Shown here: in pieces, positions 1-10,258 of the stretch
Numbering within the stretch: position 1 is the first letter of the stretch
How the letters are laid out: the number at the start of each line of letters is the position of its first letter
From: Candidatus Pacebacteria bacterium CG2_30_36_39
GTDB taxonomy: Bacteria > Patescibacteriota > Microgenomatia > UBA1400 > PJMF01
Direction of reading: 5' to 3'
Assembly (NCBI GenBank): GCA_001873435.1
Contig: MNZB01000002.1
Coordinates: forward strand, 65,620-129,619
DNA: 64,000 bases
The notes under the pieces: generated by a model
What the model was told of the DNA's origin: nothing
What the model saw: the letters and a program-made list of their open reading frames with translations, nothing else
The model's database searches: none
Program-made: the position numbers and the translations under genes

Positions 1-888
1 ATTGAATTGGTCCAGTTAAAGATGATAGGTATTGGGTCAAACTAAATTCTCTGGAATCATAGTTTTTTTCGAATTCAGCTAGCCATAGTCTAGTAGATCT
101 CCCCTCATCAACCATTTCATCTGTGTAAAACAAAACTGAATAAGGAAAAGGCACGGTGACTGGTGCCCAAAGAGTGGTTGGAATTGGTTGTTCTAATATT
201 TCCAAAGTTGTTAGAGCAATTTGTCCACCATTGCTATGAGCCCAAATTCCTATTTGTTCTGAATCTAAGGTAGCTTTGTAGTTTTTCTCAAGAGATTTAA
301 ATTCAACAGTTGATTGGGCGCGGATAGTGGTGAGTAGCTCAACTATTTGGATTGGCTTGATAAAACGAGCTTCCCAGGTATCTTTTGGTTCTGGATCACT
401 ACTACCATAACCAAGGAAATCAGGAGCAATAGTGATATAGCCATTTTCTGCAAATAAAGCAGCAGCATTTTTAGTGCCTATGCCAGTGGTGTAGTTTTCC
501 AAAGGCACATAACCTCTAATCATTACGATGACTGGATTTGGTTTATCAGGGTTTAAACTGGCTTTTTTGGGTAGGTTTAGTTGGCCAGTAATTTTTTGTT
601 GATTAGAAATATATGAAAAGAGAAAACTAATGTAGTCAGTTGTTTCGTTTATGGTTTTTTCTAAAGTAATTGTGCTTGGGGCATAGCGACGAGTTTTAAG
701 ATTTGGAATGGTGTATTGCAGGAGTGGCAAATCTTTTTTAATTAGGCCACGATCAACAAAGGGAGATAATAGTGGTGTATCTGGATTAAAAGGATAAATA
801 GTGGCAATAGCTAAGCCTGAAATGAAGATGGCTAGTCCAATAAAAGTTAAAGATATTATTTTTTTATATTTTTTAAGAAAAGTTTTCA
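1..888 (-). CDS. Alpha/beta hydrolase with N-terminal membrane anchor (partial, runs off window start)
   Basis: Manual minus-strand translation from ATG at 888 gives IAPDFLGYG and the nucleophile elbow GIWAHSNGG. Not in the ORF track because it is truncated. Confidence 0.8.
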
Positions 889-958
889 TTTAAATTAGTA
901 TAACGGAAGAAATGTTTTTCTTCTGTTGCACTAAATAATGTTTGTTTGAAAATGGAGT

Positions 959-983
959 CTCCCCTGCCATAAAGGCAGGGGAG
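959..983 (-). terminator. GC-rich hairpin, probable terminator of the small basic ORF
   Basis: CTCCCCTGCC-ATAAA-GGCAGGGGAG, a perfect 10-bp stem. Confidence 0.6.
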
Positions 984-998
984 GGGTTGTGGAGGGTA

Positions 999-1103
999 TT
1001 ACTTAGTGCTGGTCTTCTTGGTGGTCGTCGGCTTGGGGTTGGTCTTGGTCTTTTTCTTGAACAGATCAGCCACAGGCGTAGGCCGTTTGGTTGACTTTGC
1101 CAT
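999..1103 (-). CDS. 34-aa Lys/Thr-rich small protein MAKSTKRPTPVADLFKKKTKTNPKPTTTKKTSTK
   Basis: Manual translation. Strong SD (GGAGG) upstream and a hairpin downstream. Confidence 0.6.
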   Translation of the reverse strand: MAKSTKRPTPVADLFKKKTKTNPKPTTTKKTSTK

Positions 1104-1403
1104 AAAGTCTTCCTCCTTCCATAAGAGACTCTTCTGAGTGAGGTTTCGCGATGAAACCCCTCAAAAGAGGGAGGTTAGAACCTCCTTGACTGGGTTTTAA
1201 GTATAAAGCCAAGACAAAGAAGTTCAACTTGTTTTAAAGAGCTGTTTTTCGTCAAAATATTAACCAGTTTTTTGACTGGTAAAAATTATTAAATAATCTA
1301 TCTTGAGAAAAACCAGTGATATTGTATCACAATAGATCAAAAACTAACAATCGTTATGCTCAAGGTCTGTTAAGAATGATAAAACCTGGCTATAATACCC
1401 TTT

Positions 1404-2816
1404 ATGACAAATCGTACTCTTATTTCTCAAACCCCAACTTTAGTTGGTCAAACAGTAGTTTTACAAGGATGGATCGCTAGTAAACGAGATCATGGTAAAG
1501 TCACTTTTATTGATCTTAGAGATCGTTCTGGTTTAGTTCAATGCGTCGGTTTTAAAATGATGGGAGAGTTGACAACAGAGTCAGTGGTTTCCTTGACAGG
1601 TTTGGTTAAGGCACGTCCGGAAAAGTTGGTTAATTTAGAAATTTTGACTGGTTCCATAGAAATTGAAGTTCAGTCTTATGAACTATTAAACAAAACTGCC
1701 GAATTACCAATTTCTATTGATACTGATGGTAAAGAAATTAGCGAAGAGCCTCGTTTAAAATATCGATATTTAGATTTGCGTCGTGCTAGATTACAAAAAA
1801 TTATGCGCATGAGATCTGAATTTATTCGAGCTATTAGAGACAGTCTTTATGGCAAAGATTTTGTTGAAATCGAAACTCCAATGCTGACTAAGTCAACTAA
1901 AGAAGGAGCTCGTGATTTTTTAGTTCCATCACGTTTTCAACCAGGAAAGTTTTATGCTCTTCCTCAGAGCCCACAACAATATAAGCAGCTTTTAATGACA
2001 GCTGGTTTTGAAAGATATTTTCAGGTAGCTCGCTGTATTCGTGATGAAGATTTGCGTGCAGATCGTGGTTTTGAATTTACCCAATTAGACTTGGAAATTA
2101 GTTTTGCTAGTCAGCAAGAAGTAATGGATTTAGTTGAGGAAACTGTTAAGACTGCGGTGAAAAAAGTAGGTGGTAAGCTTAAAACAGAGAGTTTCCCAGT
2201 AGTTAACTATCAGGATGCTATTAGCAAATATGGAGCTGATAGATTTGATTTGCGAACAGAAGAAGATAAGGCCAATGGAATTTTAGCTTTTGCTTGGGTA
2301 GTTAATTTTCCATTCTTTAAGAAAGTTGATAAAAAAGATATTGCTGAAGTTCGAGATGGTAAGAGTGGTTGGACTTTTACCCACAATCCTTTCAGTGCTC
2401 CTCTACCAGAGAATGAAGTTGATCATTTGGCTCATAAAAATATTGAAAATATTGTTACCGCTCAATATGACTTAGTTTGTAATGGCTATGAAGTGGGTGG
2501 TGGTAGTATCCGCGCTCATAAACCAGAGCTATTAAAAGCTACTTTTGAAATCATGGGTTATTCTGAAGAGCAAATAGAGGATGGTGTTGGCCACATGCTT
2601 AAAGCTTTCAAATTAGGCACCCCTCCACACGGTGGTATTGCTTTGGGCTTGGATCGTTTAATTATGTTGTTGGCTGGAGAAGAATCATTGAAAGAAACAA
2701 TTGCTTTTCCAATGACTTCATCTGGTAGAACAGCAGTTATGGATGGTCCTAGCGAAGCGGCCAAAGAACAATTAGATGAATTATCTTTAATGGTTAAACC
2801 ACAGGTGAAAGAGTAA
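1404..2816 (+). CDS. aspS: Aspartyl-tRNA synthetase (short form, GAD insertion largely absent)
   Basis: OB fold RDHG..FIDLRD; EGARDFLVPSR, ALPQSPQ and PPHGGIALGLDR motifs. Confidence 0.95.
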   Translation: MTNRTLISQTPTLVGQTVVLQGWIASKRDHGKVTFIDLRDRSGLVQCVGFKMMGELTTESVVSLTGLVKARPEKLVNLEILTGSIEIEVQSYELLNKTAELPISIDTDGKEISEEPRLKYRYLDLRRARLQKIMRMRSEFIRAIRDSLYGKDFVEIETPMLTKSTKEGARDFLVPSRFQPGKFYALPQSPQQYKQLLMTAGFERYFQVARCIRDEDLRADRGFEFTQLDLEISFASQQEVMDLVEETVKTAVKKVGGKLKTESFPVVNYQDAISKYGADRFDLRTEEDKANGILAFAWVVNFPFFKKVDKKDIAEVRDGKSGWTFTHNPFSAPLPENEVDHLAHKNIENIVTAQYDLVCNGYEVGGGSIRAHKPELLKATFEIMGYSEEQIEDGVGHMLKAFKLGTPPHGGIALGLDRLIMLLAGEESLKETIAFPMTSSGRTAVMDGPSEAAKEQLDELSLMVKPQVKE

Positions 2817-2854
2817 GACTAGAGCAATTTGTTAAAAGTCCTTACAATGGTATC

Positions 2855-3823
2855 GTGAAATATTTTTGGAGTTGGTTTTATTTTGGCTTAATGGTTTTGT
2901 TGCTGTTTTTAACCAGTCTTTGGTTGATGTCAAAAAAAGGCTTTTTTTATCGTGAGCCACATTTTCCAGTTACTCTTTTTACTCAAGCAGAATTTCCATA
3001 TCTTGAAGCAAATAGTGATGCAGAATTAGCAGTTGGTTTTGAAGAATTGGGTAACTATATAGCGGCTGATGCTTATTTTGTTTTTGATAATTCAAGTAAA
3101 TCAGTTTTAGTAGAAAAAAATCCTCAATTACCTTTACCACCGGCTTCTACTACAAAATTAATGACTGTTTTTACAGCTTTACAACTTTATGATCTCAATG
3201 AAGTTGCTCAGGTTTCTACAACTGCTGCTTTAGAAAATGATGGTGGAGGTTTGTTTCCTTTGGAAAAAATTAAGGTAAAAGATCTGGCTGCTGCAGCTTT
3301 GGTGCGTTCTGCTAATGATGCAGCTTTAACTTTGGCAGAGCATCACAATCAGGGTGAAGTTGGCTTTGTTGCTGAAATGAATAGGAGAGCTCAAGAACTT
3401 TCTTTATTTAGCACACGCTTTGCTAATCCAGTTGGCTATGACGATCCAGATAATATTAGTACTGCTCATGATCTTGCAATTTTAACCATGAGAGTAATCC
3501 AAGAAAAGCCAATTGCAGAATGGATGAGTTTACGTAGTTATGTGGCAGAGAATGAAAATGGAACTATTAGACATTTTCTATTTACAACCAACGAACTGCT
3601 TGGCAAAGAAGATGGAGTAGTTGCTGGCAAAACAGGTACGACTCCACAAGCAAAAGAAGTATTAATTACTATTGCTAGAATTAATGATCATGATTTGATT
3701 ATTGTAGTTTTGGGTAGTTCTGATCGTTATCAGGATACAAAAACTCTTTTGCACTGGATAAGAGATAATATTAAATGGCGTACTCAAGAGTTTCCTCTCC
3801 AAATTCCAGTAGAAAATCGGTAG
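2855..3823 (+). CDS. dacA: D-alanyl-D-alanine carboxypeptidase (peptidase S11)
   Basis: PASTTK (SxxK), SAN (SxN) and KTG motifs; N-terminal TM segment. Confidence 0.88.
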   Translation: MKYFWSWFYFGLMVLLLFLTSLWLMSKKGFFYREPHFPVTLFTQAEFPYLEANSDAELAVGFEELGNYIAADAYFVFDNSSKSVLVEKNPQLPLPPASTTKLMTVFTALQLYDLNEVAQVSTTAALENDGGGLFPLEKIKVKDLAAAALVRSANDAALTLAEHHNQGEVGFVAEMNRRAQELSLFSTRFANPVGYDDPDNISTAHDLAILTMRVIQEKPIAEWMSLRSYVAENENGTIRHFLFTTNELLGKEDGVVAGKTGTTPQAKEVLITIARINDHDLIIVVLGSSDRYQDTKTLLHWIRDNIKWRTQEFPLQIPVENR

Positions 3824-3832
3824 AATGGAGTC

Positions 3833-4930
3833 ATGGCTTCGCGTTCAAATAGTTCCACTTTCAATTTAACTGCTGCTACCAGACTAGGTAGGTTATTTGT
3901 TAAGTACGGTTCAATTGTTTTGGTTACTCTAATGGTTGGACGTATGACTCTTAATGCTTTTGTAGCTTATTGGAAAGCTACTCATCCCGCTCCACCTCCT
4001 CCTCCAACAGTTGGTTTTGGTGTTTTGCCAAGTATTAAATTTCCAGCTCAAACCGAGTTTGATAGACCAAAGAGTTATAAGCTAGAAACTGGTTTGGGTA
4101 GCAATTTGCCAGAGTTTGATCTTGATAGAGCTAAAGTATTTTTAATGCCCAAGTCTGTACCTAGTTTGCTAGCAGATAAAGAGGTTAAGGCAATTGCTGC
4201 TACTTACGGTTTTATTTTTGAACCAGAAACTTTGAATAATAGGACATATCGTTGGACCAAGACTGGTCAATTAAATGCAAGTCTGGAGATTGATATCCAA
4301 AACAAGACTTTCCATTATCGAACAAACTATTTATCTAAACCAGAATTAATTGTAGGTACTGGTAAAGCTCCAGAGGAATATGAAGCAGTGCGTCGCCTAA
4401 AGTCTTTCTTGGATCGCACTGACTTGCTTCCAGAAGATTTAGCTACTAGTTCTGGTGAAATTCACTTTTTAAAATCATTGGGAGGTGAATTAGAAGAAGC
4501 TTTTTCTTTATCAGATGCTGATTTTATTCAAATCAACCTAGATCGTACTGTGATCGATGAAAAATATGAGATGTATAGCCCAGATCCTAAAAAGGGTGTG
4601 GTGACGGCAATCATGTCTGGGGTTTTATCTGGACAAGAGAGTATTGTTGATTTGGAGTATCATTATCGACCAGTTGATTACACTCAGGTAGAGACTTATC
4701 CAATTCGTTCTGCTAGATCTGCTTTTCAGGTCTTACAGTCTGGCAAGGGTTATGTTGCTAAAAAAGGAAAGACTGATGAGGCAGTAGTTCGTGAAGTAGC
4801 CTTTGGTTATTTTGAAGATTGGGCAACTGAGCAAGAATATTTGCAACCAATTTACATCTTTACTGGAGACAATGGTTTTGTAGGATATGCTCCAGCTGTT
4901 GATCCGAAATATTTAACTAATGAAAACTAG
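3833..4930 (+). CDS. Membrane-anchored hypothetical protein
   Basis: 365-aa ORF with N-terminal TM and poly-Pro linker, in an operon. Confidence 0.75.
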   Translation: MASRSNSSTFNLTAATRLGRLFVKYGSIVLVTLMVGRMTLNAFVAYWKATHPAPPPPPTVGFGVLPSIKFPAQTEFDRPKSYKLETGLGSNLPEFDLDRAKVFLMPKSVPSLLADKEVKAIAATYGFIFEPETLNNRTYRWTKTGQLNASLEIDIQNKTFHYRTNYLSKPELIVGTGKAPEEYEAVRRLKSFLDRTDLLPEDLATSSGEIHFLKSLGGELEEAFSLSDADFIQINLDRTVIDEKYEMYSPDPKKGVVTAIMSGVLSGQESIVDLEYHYRPVDYTQVETYPIRSARSAFQVLQSGKGYVAKKGKTDEAVVREVAFGYFEDWATEQEYLQPIYIFTGDNGFVGYAPAVDPKYLTNEN

Positions 4931-4939
4931 AAAGTATTA

Positions 4940-6379
4940 ATGTCAAAAACAATTAGAACAAGAATGGCCCCAAGCCCTACTGGAGAACTCCATGTGGGTA
5001 GTATGGCTATGCTATTAAAAAACTATGCTTGGGCCAAGAGGAATAATGGCCAATTTATTTTACGTATTGAGGATACAGATAAAGAGCGTGAGGTTCCTGG
5101 TGCCATTGAAGAAATTAAAAAAGTTATTCGTGATTATGGCTTAGATTGGGACGAGGGTCCTGGCAAGGGTGGTCCTTATGGTTCATATATTCAATCAGAA
5201 CGTTTAAGCATTTATCAAGAAAAAGCTCAAGAATTAATCGATAATGGCAAAGCCTATTACTGTTTTTGTTCCAAGGAAAGACTTGAACAAGTAAGAGAAG
5301 AACAGCGGGCAAACAAACAAGCTCCTAAATACGATAAGCATTGTCGTATTTTGACAGCTGATGAAGCTTTGGCTCGCAAAGAAGCTGGGGAATCTTGGGT
5401 TATTAGATTGAAAGTACCAGAAGATCAACCTGTAGTGATTAACGATTTATTGCGTGGTGAAATCATTATTAATTCAAGCGAAGTTGATGATCAGGTTTTG
5501 CTCAAATCAGATGGTTATCCCACTTATCATTTGGGAGTAGTGGTTGATGATTATTTAATGCAGATTACCCATATCATGCGTGGTGAAGAGTGGATTAGTT
5601 CTGCTCCAAAACATGTTTTGCTTTATGAGGCTTTTGGTTGGGAAAAACCAGTTTTTGCTCATATCCCAGTTTTTTTGAATCCAGATGGCAAGGGTAAGAT
5701 GAGTAAGAGGAAAGGTACTGTTTCCTCAAGATCTTTTCTTGATCGAGGATATTTGCCAGAGGCAATGTTGAATTTTTTCATGATCTTGGGTTGGGCAAAA
5801 GCCGATCAACAAGAAGTCATTTCTTTGGCTGAATATATTGAAGCTTTTGATCCCAAAGATGTCAGTCCAAAATCAGTAGCCTTTGATTTACAAAAACTTA
5901 ATTGGATGAATGGTGTCTATATTAGGAAATTACCTTTGGCTGAGCTAAAAAAACGTTTGCAACCATTTATTCCAGAAACTTTTCCTATGAATAAGTTTGA
6001 TGCTATTTTGCCATTAGTTTTTGAACGCTTAGTTACTTTGGCAGATATTGATGAGTTAACAAGATTTTTTTATGTAGATGAACAACCAGATTATGAATTG
6101 CTTTTGAAAAAAGCTGATAATCAATTGGTTGCTAAACAACTCAATCAGACAATGGATTTTCTTTCTGGTTTGAGTGAGTGGACTACAGAAAAAATTGAGG
6201 TTGGCATGCGTGAGTTGCAGGAGAAAAATGATTGGCATCGTGGTCAGTTTTTTATGATGATTCGTTTGGCTGTTACTGGTCGTAAAGCCACCCCACCTTT
6301 ATTTGAAACGATGTCCGTTATTGGTAAAGACATTGTGCTGCGTAGATTAGAGATGGTTAAAGCAAAGTTGGAAAATTAG
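4940..6379 (+). CDS. gltX: Glutamyl-tRNA synthetase
   Basis: APSPTG-ELHVG (HIGH) and KMSKR motifs. Confidence 0.96.
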   Translation: MSKTIRTRMAPSPTGELHVGSMAMLLKNYAWAKRNNGQFILRIEDTDKEREVPGAIEEIKKVIRDYGLDWDEGPGKGGPYGSYIQSERLSIYQEKAQELIDNGKAYYCFCSKERLEQVREEQRANKQAPKYDKHCRILTADEALARKEAGESWVIRLKVPEDQPVVINDLLRGEIIINSSEVDDQVLLKSDGYPTYHLGVVVDDYLMQITHIMRGEEWISSAPKHVLLYEAFGWEKPVFAHIPVFLNPDGKGKMSKRKGTVSSRSFLDRGYLPEAMLNFFMILGWAKADQQEVISLAEYIEAFDPKDVSPKSVAFDLQKLNWMNGVYIRKLPLAELKKRLQPFIPETFPMNKFDAILPLVFERLVTLADIDELTRFFYVDEQPDYELLLKKADNQLVAKQLNQTMDFLSGLSEWTTEKIEVGMRELQEKNDWHRGQFFMMIRLAVTGRKATPPLFETMSVIGKDIVLRRLEMVKAKLEN

Positions 6380-6382
6380 TTT

Positions 6383-7261
6383 ATGGTTAAAAAAACAACT
6401 ACTCCACTATCTCAACAAGATTTTTTGGAAAAAGTTAAACAACTTGATTTCAAAGTTACTTCTCAACAGCTTTTGGCAGCTATTTCCTTGGCCGGGCAAA
6501 TTGCTCTTAACCAACCAAATCCTGATGGTAAGTTTCCCCAAGCTTTTGCTATGGAAACTCAAACTCAAGATGATCAACTAGCTACTCAGGTAACTAAAGA
6601 AGAGCATGAAGAGATAATGGCAAAAATGGTGGGAATGGTTAATCGTCCACCAGGTCATTTAGCTAAAGATGAAGAATTATATTTAGAACAACAGCTTTCT
6701 GATACTTTGGGTTTTGATGTAACAGCGGAGCTTGATGGCCATAGGCTCAATCACAGTATTGGCGTAATGGGTGGTGAGCAACATATTTTACGTTTTGCCG
6801 GAGATACTCTTGCTCAACATGATGCTTATCAAGAGGCTGGTATTGCTCCAGCTCGTGGAGCTTTTGGTTGGTTTACAGAGAATGGTCAGTTATCTGAGAA
6901 AGCAATTCAACAAGAAAAATACTATTTTGCTGTTCAGACTCTTTATTTGCCAGATTGGAATTCTAATTATAGGGAACTCAAGCCTTGGTATAAGTTTCGC
7001 AAAATGATTGTAATTAACCCTGCTGAGTCTATGGCTGTAGTGGGAGTAGTTGGCGACGCTGGCCCTGCTCAATGGGTTAAAAAACAATTTGGTGGTTCTC
7101 CAGAAATTATTCGTGAGGGAAAGGTTTGGAGTCAGAAAAGCAGAGGAAAGATAATGTTGCTTTTTGTCGATGACCCAGAAGATAAGATTCCCTTGGGTCC
7201 AATAGATTTGCACTGGGAAGCTTTGCCACAGGCTGATTCTTCTCAGAGTCAAAATTCGTAG
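6383..7261 (+). CDS. Conserved hypothetical protein
   Basis: 292-aa ORF tightly packed in the operon. Confidence 0.75.
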   Translation: MVKKTTTPLSQQDFLEKVKQLDFKVTSQQLLAAISLAGQIALNQPNPDGKFPQAFAMETQTQDDQLATQVTKEEHEEIMAKMVGMVNRPPGHLAKDEELYLEQQLSDTLGFDVTAELDGHRLNHSIGVMGGEQHILRFAGDTLAQHDAYQEAGIAPARGAFGWFTENGQLSEKAIQQEKYYFAVQTLYLPDWNSNYRELKPWYKFRKMIVINPAESMAVVGVVGDAGPAQWVKKQFGGSPEIIREGKVWSQKSRGKIMLLFVDDPEDKIPLGPIDLHWEALPQADSSQSQNS

Positions 7262-7279
7262 TATAAAGGTATAAAGTAT

Positions 7280-7669
7280 ATGATCTTAGTTAATTTTTAC
7301 ATTGGATCTAGATATCCAGTTTCTCGTAAGAGATTACGTCAAACAGTTGAGGATGTGTTAAAGAAAAATGGAGTGGAAAAAGCTCAAGTAGATGTTTCTA
7401 TAGTTGGGGTGCGTAAAATTCAGACTTTAAATGAAACCTTACTTCAACATGATGGTCCCACGGACGTTCTTTCATTTCCACATCATAATAAGAAACAGCT
7501 TGATGAAATTCCTTTGCCAACAGATGTTCCACCACATCTTGGTGATGTAGTTATTAGTTTTCCCGAATCAATTAAAATGGCTAAAAAATTTGGTAAAAGA
7601 GTAGATGATCAAATCTGTTTTTATCTTGAACATGGTTTGATGCATCTGTTAGGGTATCATCACGATTAA
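7280..7669 (+). CDS. ybeY: rRNA maturation endoribonuclease YbeY
   Basis: TDVLSFP and HGLMHLLGYHH motifs. Confidence 0.93.
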   Translation: MILVNFYIGSRYPVSRKRLRQTVEDVLKKNGVEKAQVDVSIVGVRKIQTLNETLLQHDGPTDVLSFPHHNKKQLDEIPLPTDVPPHLGDVVISFPESIKMAKKFGKRVDDQICFYLEHGLMHLLGYHHD

Positions 7670-7671
7670 TT

Positions 7672-9267
7672 ATGGCTTGGCATAGAAAACACCGACCCCA
7701 GCTTGTCAGTGAGCTACATCTAGCTTCTGTTAGAACAGCTCTTGAAAAGTTGATGGCAAGTAAAAACTTTCCTCAGGTCTTTTTATTTGCAGGTCCCAAA
7801 GGAACTGGTAAGACTTCAACTTCAAGAATATTAGGAGCGATGCTTAACGATCCGCTTAATGCGGACGTAGTTGATGCTTTCTTTTTCAAAAAACCTTTAA
7901 AAAAAGCAAGGTCATTGCAAAATCCAGATATTAAATCTGATTTTTCTCGTCGTGTTTATGAAGGCAATTCTTTTGTAGTTCAGGAGATGGACGCTGCATC
8001 AAATCGTGGAATAGATGATATTAGAGCTCTCAAGGAACGGGTAATGTTGCCTCCACAGGAAGGTAAGGTCACTGTCTATATTCTAGATGAGGCTCACATG
8101 TTAACAACCGAAGCTTTTAATGCTCTTTTAAAGCTATTAGAGGAGCCTCCAGCTCATGCTGTGTTTATTCTTGCTACTACTGAATTGCATAAAATTCCAG
8201 AAACTATTATTTCTCGTAGTTATCAGATAAATTTCCACAAAGCTTCTAATGAAGAGCTCACTTTGGCTTTGGAATCAGTTTTGGCAAAAGAAAAAATTAA
8301 AGCAGAGCCTTTGGCTTTGCAGGCAATTGTGGCTAGAGCTGATGGTAGTTTTCGTGATGGAGTTAAGTTGCTTGAATCAGTGATTGATGGAGATAATTTG
8401 ACGTTGTTGCAAGTCGAAAATAATTTGGGTAAGAATATTAAGCCTTTGTTGTTAGATTTAATTCAGGCTGTTTTAGATAAAGACTCAGCTCAAGTTAGTC
8501 AGATTATTGCTTCATTTCGTACTAATAATGTTGCAGAAAAATATCTATATACTAGTCTATTTTCTCTTTTGCACAGCTCTTTAATGAAATCAATGGGGGT
8601 GGAAACTGGTGAACCAGTTTATGCACAAAAAATTACTAAGTTTTTACTTCAGGAATTACTTCAAGCTCAATTAGATTTATTTTCACCAATTCCATTTTTA
8701 CCATTGGAACTTAAGTTATTGGATTTAATTGATCGAGCTCAGCAGAAAGCTGGTAGTAATCAAGCAAGTGGTCCAGTGACCAAAAAAAAAATTCTTAAAA
8801 CAAATCCAGTAGCTATTGTTGAAGATCGTGTTGAGGAATTAGCTAAAGTTGATATTTCGACTGCAATCAATACAGCAATTGAAGAGGTTGCTGAGGTTGA
8901 AGAAGAAGAGGTGGTGCAGTTAACTGAAGAAATTAAAGGTTTAGGTCAGACCTTACTTTCGCAATGGGATCAGTTTTTAAAGATGGTACAGCTTAAAAAT
9001 GCTACGGTTGCAGCTTTACTGCGTTCTAGTAAGCCATCAATTAACGAGACTGGTATGCCAGAAGTAGCCGTATTTTATAAGTTTCATCAGGAGCAATTAC
9101 AGCAACAAAAATATATGGATTTATTACTGGATTGTGCTCGAGATTTAGTGGGAAGTAGTTTGCCTTTGAGAGTAGCTTTGCAAAAAGCTCCTGCGACGGC
9201 TACTTTAGTAGAAATTGAACAAGTACCTCCTCGATTGTCACAATTGGCAGAGGAAGCTTTGCTCTGA
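7672..9267 (+). CDS. dnaX: DNA polymerase III subunit gamma/tau
   Basis: GPKGTGKT, EMDAASNRGIDDIR and DEAHMLT..AFNALLK motifs. Confidence 0.95.
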   Translation: MAWHRKHRPQLVSELHLASVRTALEKLMASKNFPQVFLFAGPKGTGKTSTSRILGAMLNDPLNADVVDAFFFKKPLKKARSLQNPDIKSDFSRRVYEGNSFVVQEMDAASNRGIDDIRALKERVMLPPQEGKVTVYILDEAHMLTTEAFNALLKLLEEPPAHAVFILATTELHKIPETIISRSYQINFHKASNEELTLALESVLAKEKIKAEPLALQAIVARADGSFRDGVKLLESVIDGDNLTLLQVENNLGKNIKPLLLDLIQAVLDKDSAQVSQIIASFRTNNVAEKYLYTSLFSLLHSSLMKSMGVETGEPVYAQKITKFLLQELLQAQLDLFSPIPFLPLELKLLDLIDRAQQKAGSNQASGPVTKKKILKTNPVAIVEDRVEELAKVDISTAINTAIEEVAEVEEEEVVQLTEEIKGLGQTLLSQWDQFLKMVQLKNATVAALLRSSKPSINETGMPEVAVFYKFHQEQLQQQKYMDLLLDCARDLVGSSLPLRVALQKAPATATLVEIEQVPPRLSQLAEEALL

Positions 9268-9314
9268 GAGAAAGATATAGTACAATCTAGGGACTTAATA
9301 GAAAGGTCAATATT

Positions 9315-9602
9315 ATGGCAAATCCATTTAAAGCTTTAGGAGATCTTAATCAACTCCGTCAACAAGCTAAGAAAATGCAAGAGGAATTAGCTGGTGAAGA
9401 AATTCGCATTGAAGAAGGTGATATCGTGGTAGTTATTTCTGGTGATCAGAAAATTAAACAATTTTCAGTTCAAGGAATTAGTAGCACTGAGGCTGTTGAA
9501 GTCTTAAATAAGGCTATTAAGAAATCTCAAGAAGTTGCTGCCAAGAAACTTCAGTCTATGACTGGTGGTTTGGGTGGAATGTTTGGTGGTGGTGGACAAT
9601 AA
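9315..9602 (+). CDS. ybaB: YbaB/EbfC nucleoid-associated protein
   Basis: QAKKMQEELA...VVISGDQ; canonical position after dnaX. Confidence 0.85.
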   Translation: MANPFKALGDLNQLRQQAKKMQEELAGEEIRIEEGDIVVVISGDQKIKQFSVQGISSTEAVEVLNKAIKKSQEVAAKKLQSMTGGLGGMFGGGGQ

Positions 9603-9629
9603 TTGTTATCAATTTTTAAAGTGAAAATT

Positions 9630-9655
9630 AAGGCCCCTGTATCAGGGGCCTTTTT
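9630..9655 (+). terminator. Rho-independent terminator
   Basis: AAGGCCCCTG-TAT-CAGGGGCCTT followed by a T run. Confidence 0.8.
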
Positions 9656-9661
9656 GTTACA

Positions 9662-10258
9662 ATGAGGCCTATGTCTCAACAATTTTTATTAGCTACTAAT
9701 AATCAACATAAAATCGAAGAGGTTAAAGCTATTTTGCCTGAGATAAATTGGGAGACTCCTAAAAATTTTCCAGAGCTAAATGATTTTTCTCCAGAAGAAA
9801 CTGGTAAGAATTTTGCAGAAAATGCTGAAATTAAAGCAAGAGCATTTGCAGCAAAAACTGGTTTGGTTACAGTGGCGGAAGACTCTGGTTTAGAGGTTAA
9901 AGCTTTAAATAATCGACCAGGAGTTTATTCTGCTAGATGGAGAGAAGGTAGTGATGATGATCGTAATCAAGCTATATTAAAGTTAATAGAAGAAAAACCA
10001 GATCGTACAGCCAGATATGTGGCTACTATTTGTGTTTATGACCCAAAAACAGATGAAGCTCATTTCTTTAAAGGTATGGTTGTTGGCCAAATTGCTATGG
10101 AAAGTAAGGGGATAGCTGGTTTTGGCTATGATCCCATCTTTATTCCAGATGGCTATCAACAAACCTTTGGTGAGTTGGGCAGTGAGATAAAGCACCAACT
10201 TAGTCACCGCAAAAAGGCTTTTGAGCAGTTTGCTGAGTGGTTAAATGAGAGAAGTTAG
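9662..10258 (+). CDS. rdgB: Non-canonical purine NTP pyrophosphatase (RdgB/HAM1)
   Basis: ATNNQHK, EDSGL, PGVYSAR, GFGYDPIF and SHR motifs. Confidence 0.95.
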   Translation: MRPMSQQFLLATNNQHKIEEVKAILPEINWETPKNFPELNDFSPEETGKNFAENAEIKARAFAAKTGLVTVAEDSGLEVKALNNRPGVYSARWREGSDDDRNQAILKLIEEKPDRTARYVATICVYDPKTDEAHFFKGMVVGQIAMESKGIAGFGYDPIFIPDGYQQTFGELGSEIKHQLSHRKKAFEQFAEWLNERS

